From Stellaceae bacterium (GTDB lineage: Bacteria; Pseudomonadota; Alphaproteobacteria; ATCC43930; CGMCC-115725): a stretch of 62,947 nucleotides of DNA. A program made the position numbers and the translations under genes. Of the stretch, positions 57,723 through 62,947 are shown piece after piece. The notes beneath the pieces were generated by a model. It ran no database searches, was not told the DNA's origin, and saw nothing but the letters and a program-made list of their open reading frames with translations. The stretch is taken from positions 1 to 62,947 of the forward strand of contig DASUIE010000154.1 in NCBI GenBank assembly GCA_036273175.1. The letters run 5' to 3'. How positions within the stretch are numbered: position 1 is the stretch's first letter; each line of letters starts with the position of its first letter.

Positions 57723-59003
57723 ATGGCGGTTGATGCGGCAATAGCCGGCGGTTACGAAAAGCGCGCATCGTTGCGGCGGGTCCTGGTCGCCGCGACGATC
57801 GGCAACGTGCTCGAATGGTTCGACTTCCTGGTTTACGGCTATTTCGCGGTCACGATCGCCCAGGTCTTCTTTCCGGTCGGCAACCCCACCGTATCGCTGC
57901 TGATCACTTTCGCCGCGTTTGGGCTGTCCTACGTGGTGCGCCCGCTCGGCGCGGCGCTGATCGGCGGCTATACCGACCGAAACGGACGCAAGGCGGGGCT
58001 GACGCTGTCGATCGGGCTGATGATGATCGGCACGATCCTGATGGTGGTGACGCCGGGTTTCGCGACCATCGGCATCGCCGCTCCGGTAATCATCACCGGC
58101 GCACGGCTCCTGCAAGGCTTTTCGGTGGGCGGCGAGTTCGGCAGCGCCGTCGCGTTTCTCGTGGAGCACGGCTCCGACCGCAAGGGCTATGCCGCGAGCT
58201 GGCAATGGGCCAGCACCGGCATCATCTCGGTCATCGTCGCGCTGTTCGGCGTGGCCCTGACGACGACGCTGACGCATGACCAGCTCGTCAGCTGGGGCTG
58301 GCGCGTCCCCTATGCGTTCGGGCTGCTGGTCGGGCCGGCCGGGCTCTACATCCGCTCGAAGATGGAGGAGACGCCGGAATTCCTCGATGCCCGGCCGAAA
58401 AAGGCGCCCATAGCCGAATTGCTGCGCAACTATCCGGTTCCCGTGCTGCTGGCGCTCGGCTCTTCGATCATCTCGAACGCCTCGTACTATCTGCTGCTGT
58501 ACATCCCGACCTATGGCATCAAGCAGCTCCACCTGTCGGCTTCGACCGGATTTATCGCGACGCTGGTTGGCGGCGTGATCCTCGCTGTCTTCTCGCCGCT
58601 CGCCGGAGCATGGTCCGACCGGACCCCACGCCCGCGCATCATGCTGGCGATGGGCATCCTGTTTCTCGTGACGTCATACCCGGTGTTCTGGCTGATGCTG
58701 CAATACCCGTCGTTGGCGTCGGCGATCTTCGCGGTCGGATGGCTCAACCTGGTCAAGGCCGGATATAGCGGCGTGCTGCCGTCGCTCCTTTCCGAGCAAT
58801 TCCCGGTCGAGACCCGCGCGGTCGGGGTCGCCTTCAGCTACAGCATCTCGGTAACGATCTTCGGCGGCTTCGCCCCGTTTGTCGCGACCTGGCTGATCGC
58901 CAAGACCGGCGACCCGCTATCGCCGGCCTACTACCTGATGTTCACCGCGCTCTTGAGCATCATCGCGCTGGCGGTGATCGCGCGGCGGGCCCCCGCCAAG
59001 TAA
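57723..59003 (+). CDS. MFS transporter, metabolite:H+ symporter (MHS) family
   Basis: 426 aa. IGNVLEWFDFLVYGYFA... and GGYTDRNGRK are typical of ProP/KgtP-type MHS transporters. Confidence 0.85.
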   Translation: MAVDAAIAGGYEKRASLRRVLVAATIGNVLEWFDFLVYGYFAVTIAQVFFPVGNPTVSLLITFAAFGLSYVVRPLGAALIGGYTDRNGRKAGLTLSIGLMMIGTILMVVTPGFATIGIAAPVIITGARLLQGFSVGGEFGSAVAFLVEHGSDRKGYAASWQWASTGIISVIVALFGVALTTTLTHDQLVSWGWRVPYAFGLLVGPAGLYIRSKMEETPEFLDARPKKAPIAELLRNYPVPVLLALGSSIISNASYYLLLYIPTYGIKQLHLSASTGFIATLVGGVILAVFSPLAGAWSDRTPRPRIMLAMGILFLVTSYPVFWLMLQYPSLASAIFAVGWLNLVKAGYSGVLPSLLSEQFPVETRAVGVAFSYSISVTIFGGFAPFVATWLIAKTGDPLSPAYYLMFTALLSIIALAVIARRAPAK

Positions 59004-59740
59004 TGGCGGAGCGCCTTCGGGGCAGGGTCGCGCTCATAACCGGCGCCTCCCGCGGGATCGGCGCCGCGGTGGCCGAGCGCTTTGCCGCCGAAGGTGCCCA
59101 TGTCGTGCTGGTCGGGCGCACGGTCGGCGGCCTCGAAGAGATTGACGACAAGGTGCGCGCGGCCGGCGGCGAGGCGACGCTGGTGCCGCTCGACCTGCGC
59201 GAATTCGTCAAGATCGACGAGCTGGCAGCGGCGCTTTACGAACGCTACGGCCGGCTCGACATACTCGTCGGCAACGCCGCCGAATTCGGCACCTTTTCGC
59301 CGCTCGGCCATATCGCGCCGTCCGAATGGGAAGGGGTCATCGCGCTCAACCTGACGGTCAACTGGCGGCTGATCCGGGCGATGGACCCGCTGCTCCGCGC
59401 CGCCGAGCATGGGCGGGCGATCTTCGTCACCAGCGGCATCGCCCGCGCGCCGCGCGCCTATTGGGGCTCCTATGCGGTCAGCAAGGCCGCGCTCGATGCG
59501 CTCGTCCGGGTCTACGCCGCCGAAGTCGCGACGACGCGGGTGCGGGCCAACCTGCTGAGCCCCGGCGTCGTCCGTACCCAGCTCCGCGCCCGCGTCTTCC
59601 CCGGCGAGGACCCGAAGACCCTGCCCGAACCGGAAACGGTCGTCGAAGCCTTTGTCCGGCTTGCCCTTCCCGAATGGGACCGCAACGGCGAGATCGTCAA
59701 CGCCGGCGACCTGAACGACACCCAGTCGCGGGCCACCTAG
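59003..59740 (+). CDS. SDR-family oxidoreductase
   Basis: Cofactor motif ITGASRGIG, catalytic YAVSKAAL (YxxxK). 245 aa. Confidence 0.85.
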   Translation: MAERLRGRVALITGASRGIGAAVAERFAAEGAHVVLVGRTVGGLEEIDDKVRAAGGEATLVPLDLREFVKIDELAAALYERYGRLDILVGNAAEFGTFSPLGHIAPSEWEGVIALNLTVNWRLIRAMDPLLRAAEHGRAIFVTSGIARAPRAYWGSYAVSKAALDALVRVYAAEVATTRVRANLLSPGVVRTQLRARVFPGEDPKTLPEPETVVEAFVRLALPEWDRNGEIVNAGDLNDTQSRAT

Positions 59741-61092
59741 GATCGGGCTCGGGCGTACGGATTGTCGCCCTTGCGCAGCATCATCCGGATCGGCGTGCCG
59801 GGCAGGGAAAAATCCTTGCGCAAGGCATTGACCAGATAGCGCCGGTAGGATTCCGGCAGCTCGCCCGGCTTCGACGCAAACAGCGCGAAGGTCGGCGGCC
59901 GGATGTTGACCTGGGTGATGTAGCGCAGCCGCAGCCGGCGCGCACCGACGACCGGCGGCGGGTGGTGCTCCTGGATAGCGGCGAGCCAGCGGTTGAGCGT
60001 CGGGGTCGGGACACGCTTGTTCCAAACCGCGTCGGCGGCGCAGGCTGCTTCCATCAGCGAGTCGAGCCCGTATCCGGTGAGGCCGCTCACCGGCACCAGC
60101 GCGATCCCGTCGAGCTGCGGCAGCGACGCCGCCATGCGGTCGCGGAGGCGACCGGTCGCGGCGTTCCGGTCCTCCACCGCATCCCATTTGTTGGCGGCCA
60201 GGACGATGGCTCGCCCCTCTTCCGCGGCCAGGTTCGCGATCGTCAAATCCTGCCGCTCGAAAGGCTGCAGCGCGTCGAGCACGACGATAACCGTCCCGGC
60301 GAAGCGGATCGCGCGCAGCGAGTCGGCGACGGCAAGCCGTTCGAGCTGCTCCTCGATGCGCGGCCGGCGCCGCATCCCGGCGGTATCCACAAGCCGGATA
60401 TCGCGATCGCGCCAGCGCCATTCGACGGCGATCGAATCGCGGGTGATGCCCGGCTCGGGTCCGGTCAGCAGGCGGTCCTCTCCGAGCAGGCGGTTGACCA
60501 GCGTCGATTTTCCGACATTCGGGCGGCCGACGATCGCGAGCTGCAAGGCCTTGGGCGGCAAATCGTCCGGTTCGGGTTCCGGCTCGGTCTCTGTGCTTTC
60601 GGCGGCAAACGGGGCGAGCCGCTCGTAAAGCTCCGCCAGCCCTTCGCCATGCTGCGCCGAGATCGGCACCGGTTCGCCAAAGCCAAGCCGATAGGCCTCG
60701 CCCAGATCGGCGAGCGCGGCCGCGCTTTCGGCCTTATTGGCGAGGAGGACAACCGGCTTCCCGCTCTTGTGGAGCCAGCGGGCGAAATGGCGGTCGGCTT
60801 CCGTCACGCCGACGCGGGCGTCGAAGACCAGGAACGCCAGATCGGCGTCGGCGAGGGCACGCTCCGTCTGCGCGCGCATTCGGCCGGCGAGGGTCTGCGG
60901 CGCCTCTTCCTCGAGCCCGGCCGTGTCGACGATGCGAAAGCCGAGACCGGCGAGGTGCCCCTCGCCTTCCCGGCGGTCGCGGGTCACGCCGGGCAGATCG
61001 TCGACCAGCGCGAGCCGTCGTCCGACGAGCCGGTTGAACAAGGTCGACTTGCCGACATTCGGCCGGCCGATGATGACGATCGAGAGAGGCAT
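59737..61092 (-). CDS. der: ribosome-associated GTPase Der (EngA)
   Basis: Two tandem G domains, each with GRPNVGKST, plus a KH-like C-terminus. 451 aa. Confidence 0.92.
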   Translation of the reverse strand: MPLSIVIIGRPNVGKSTLFNRLVGRRLALVDDLPGVTRDRREGEGHLAGLGFRIVDTAGLEEEAPQTLAGRMRAQTERALADADLAFLVFDARVGVTEADRHFARWLHKSGKPVVLLANKAESAAALADLGEAYRLGFGEPVPISAQHGEGLAELYERLAPFAAESTETEPEPEPDDLPPKALQLAIVGRPNVGKSTLVNRLLGEDRLLTGPEPGITRDSIAVEWRWRDRDIRLVDTAGMRRRPRIEEQLERLAVADSLRAIRFAGTVIVVLDALQPFERQDLTIANLAAEEGRAIVLAANKWDAVEDRNAATGRLRDRMAASLPQLDGIALVPVSGLTGYGLDSLMEAACAADAVWNKRVPTPTLNRWLAAIQEHHPPPVVGARRLRLRYITQVNIRPPTFALFASKPGELPESYRRYLVNALRKDFSLPGTPIRMMLRKGDNPYARARS

Positions 61093-61107
61093 GGCGCCGC
61101 CGCGCGT

Positions 61108-62421
61108 TCAGCGATACGCGGATAGGTTGGCGTCGTCTGTCAGCAAATAAAGGGTGTTGCCGGCGATGACCGGGCCAAGATAGCCGCCCGCCGACATCGT
61201 GATCCGCCCGGTCGGCTCGCCGGTGTAGGGCGACACCGAGACGCCGTCGCCGGTGCTCGACAGGGCGATGACACGGTCGCCGCCGAGGACGGGACCGGCC
61301 CACAGGATCGGATCCTCACGCTTTTCCGGGTTGTCGTAGCGCGGCAGCTGTTGCGCCCAGCGAACCTTGCCTTCGTTCCGCGTCAAGCAGGCCAGCTCGC
61401 TGTCGTTGGCGAGGACGTAGATGAAGTCGCCCGCGACCCAGGGGCCATGGCTGCTGGCGATCTCCCGCTCCCACACCCGGTCGCCGCGGCGCAGGTCGAT
61501 CGCCGCCATGCGGCCGCTATGGCTGATCGCGAAGACCCGGTCGCGGTCGATGACAGGGCGGCCCCGAATATCGGCGAGACCGGAAACGGGGTCGACGTTA
61601 CGCGCCGCCGCCAGGTTTTCCGACCACAGCACGCGCCCGTTCTCGACCCGCAGCGCGAACAGCTCGCCGGAATTGTAGGCGACGACGACGATCTCGCCCT
61701 CGACCGCCGGGCTGGCGCCGCCGAGCAGGCCCGCGGTCTCCGGGATGCCGTTATGGGTCCACAGGCGCCGGCCGTCTTCGGTGGCGAGCACGATCAGCTC
61801 GTTCTCGACGGTGACGGCGTATATCCGGCCGTCGGCGACAGTCGGCGCGGCGTGGACGGGCGCATCGACAGGCTTGCGCCAGATCACGTTGCCGTTGGCG
61901 GGATCGAGCGCCAGCACCTCGGCATAGCCGGTCGCGACATAGAGCCGATCCTTCCAGAAGGCCGGGCCGCCGCCGAAGGCGTTGCCTTTCATCCCTTCCG
62001 GCTTCAGCTCGACCTGCCAGATGCTGCTGCCGTTGCCGGCCGCGACCGCGCTGAGCTGCGTTCCGCCATCCATCGCGAACACCGTGTCGCGAACGATGAT
62101 CGGCTGCGACATGACCTTGCGATAGCGAGAGCTGCCATCGCCGACGCTGGTCTCCCAGGCCCGCGTCAGCGAGGGCGGCAACCCGAGATGATACATGGCG
62201 TGATTGGGGTATCCGCCGGGCTCGGGCCAGTCCGGGTTGACGACCGGCCGCGGCAGCGTCACCCCGAGATTGGCGAGCGCCGGGTCGGGCGCCACGCGGC
62301 GGTCGAGGCCGAGCACGGAGATGCGTTCGCCCGGCAGCGGAGTCTTCTTGTCGCCGCCGAACAGGCCGCAACCCGCGGCCGTGGATGCCAGCAGCAAAGC
62401 GCCGAATTCACGTCGGTTCAT
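61108..62421 (-). CDS. bamB: PQQ-like beta-propeller lipoprotein, outer-membrane assembly factor BamB family
   Basis: The start MNRREFGALLLASTAAGC carries a lipobox. Repeated propeller blades follow. The gene sits in the conserved position between the yfgM-like gene and der. Confidence 0.8.
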   Translation of the reverse strand: MNRREFGALLLASTAAGCGLFGGDKKTPLPGERISVLGLDRRVAPDPALANLGVTLPRPVVNPDWPEPGGYPNHAMYHLGLPPSLTRAWETSVGDGSSRYRKVMSQPIIVRDTVFAMDGGTQLSAVAAGNGSSIWQVELKPEGMKGNAFGGGPAFWKDRLYVATGYAEVLALDPANGNVIWRKPVDAPVHAAPTVADGRIYAVTVENELIVLATEDGRRLWTHNGIPETAGLLGGASPAVEGEIVVVAYNSGELFALRVENGRVLWSENLAAARNVDPVSGLADIRGRPVIDRDRVFAISHSGRMAAIDLRRGDRVWEREIASSHGPWVAGDFIYVLANDSELACLTRNEGKVRWAQQLPRYDNPEKREDPILWAGPVLGGDRVIALSSTGDGVSVSPYTGEPTGRITMSAGGYLGPVIAGNTLYLLTDDANLSAYR

Positions 62422-62432
62422 GGGCAAATTGT

Positions 62433-62947
62433 CTATTGAGCGAGCGCGGCGGCCATTTCCGCGGCGCGGGACCGCAACCCTTCGGGCGCGGCAAGATCGT
62501 CGGCGAGCTCCTTGTAGGCTTTCAGCGCGGCGGGCTTGTCCCCGGCCTTGAGGTCGGCGGCGGCGATGAGCTCGAGCGCCGTCGGGCGCCACGGGTTGCC
62601 GCTCTGCGTCAGCGGGCCAAGGCGCGCCGCCACTGCCTTTGCGTCGGTATCGGGGAGCCCGCGCATGACCGAGAGCAGCACCGCGAGATGGCGGAATTCG
62701 CTGTCGACGTTCGAGGTCGCGATCGAATCGTAGATCGCGATGGCGCCGGCCTTGTCGCCGGTTTCGGCGAGCAGCGCCGCCTGCTCGAAGCGGGCGAGCA
62801 TGGCATAGCCGCCGCCAGTCGTCGCCAGATCGGCGAAAAGTTTGGCGGCATCGGCGTCCTTGTTGGCGCCGATCATCGAGACAGCGCCGAAATAGCGGGC
62901 CGAAAGCGCCTTGCGCTCGCTCAGCTGGTGCTGGCGCCAGGCCACGT
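62433..62947 (-). CDS. tetratricopeptide-like (YfgM-like) protein, C-terminal part; the 5' end lies outside the window
   Basis: Ala-rich helical repeats in the conserved position upstream of bamB-der. The reading frame stays open to the window edge. Confidence 0.6.
   Translation of the reverse strand, partial: VAWRQHQLSERKALSARYFGAVSMIGANKDADAAKLFADLATTGGGYAMLARFEQAALLAETGDKAGAIAIYDSIATSNVDSEFRHLAVLLSVMRGLPDTDAKAVAARLGPLTQSGNPWRPTALELIAAADLKAGDKPAALKAYKELADDLAAPEGLRSRAAEMAAALAQ

Overview
GC-rich, gene-dense bacterial chromosome segment with about 68 protein-coding genes. I found no rRNA, tRNA, CRISPR array, transposase or integrase. Gene content and synteny look alphaproteobacterial: rpsF-rpsR-DUF2232-rplI, dnaB-alr...radA-cvpA-purF, purS/purQ/purL-bolA-grxD, a DUF1476 zeta inhibitor, and yfgM-like/bamB/der. 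The window has two parts. Positions 1 to about 33.8 kb are accessory or catabolic. They hold a branched-chain-type (HAAT) ABC importer with a thiolase-like/DUF35 pair and a class II aldolase, then a DinB-family gene and fumC. Next come a HEPN/MNT toxin-antitoxin pair and an 8-gene operon (split aconitase X, DUF3830, a diiron oxygenase, a GGT-like hydrolase and a peptide-type ABC importer). The rest of this part holds arsC, udh, a LysR regulator with a cupin and a fused CydDC exporter, MFS transporters, an EEP-family (endonuclease/exonuclease/phosphatase) protein, a DTW protein, an S10 peptidase and an acyltransferase. Positions 33.9 to 62.9 kb are core housekeeping: purine biosynthesis, a bd-type oxidase, ribosomal proteins, dnaB, alr, mlaEF, radA, purF, der and bamB. 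The best candidate for an undescribed system is the minus-strand operon at 10540-19162, with the HEPN/MNT pair attached to its 3' end. A second point worth checking is that two conserved genes (fumC and alr) have no canonical start codon at the expected position. Each instead has a CTG overlapping the upstream stop codon as CTGA. All calls rest on reading the supplied translations, motif recognition from memory and manual inspection of junctions. No database search was run. The ORF track renders GTG and TTG starts as M, and many of its long ORFs are antisense shadows typical of high-GC DNA.
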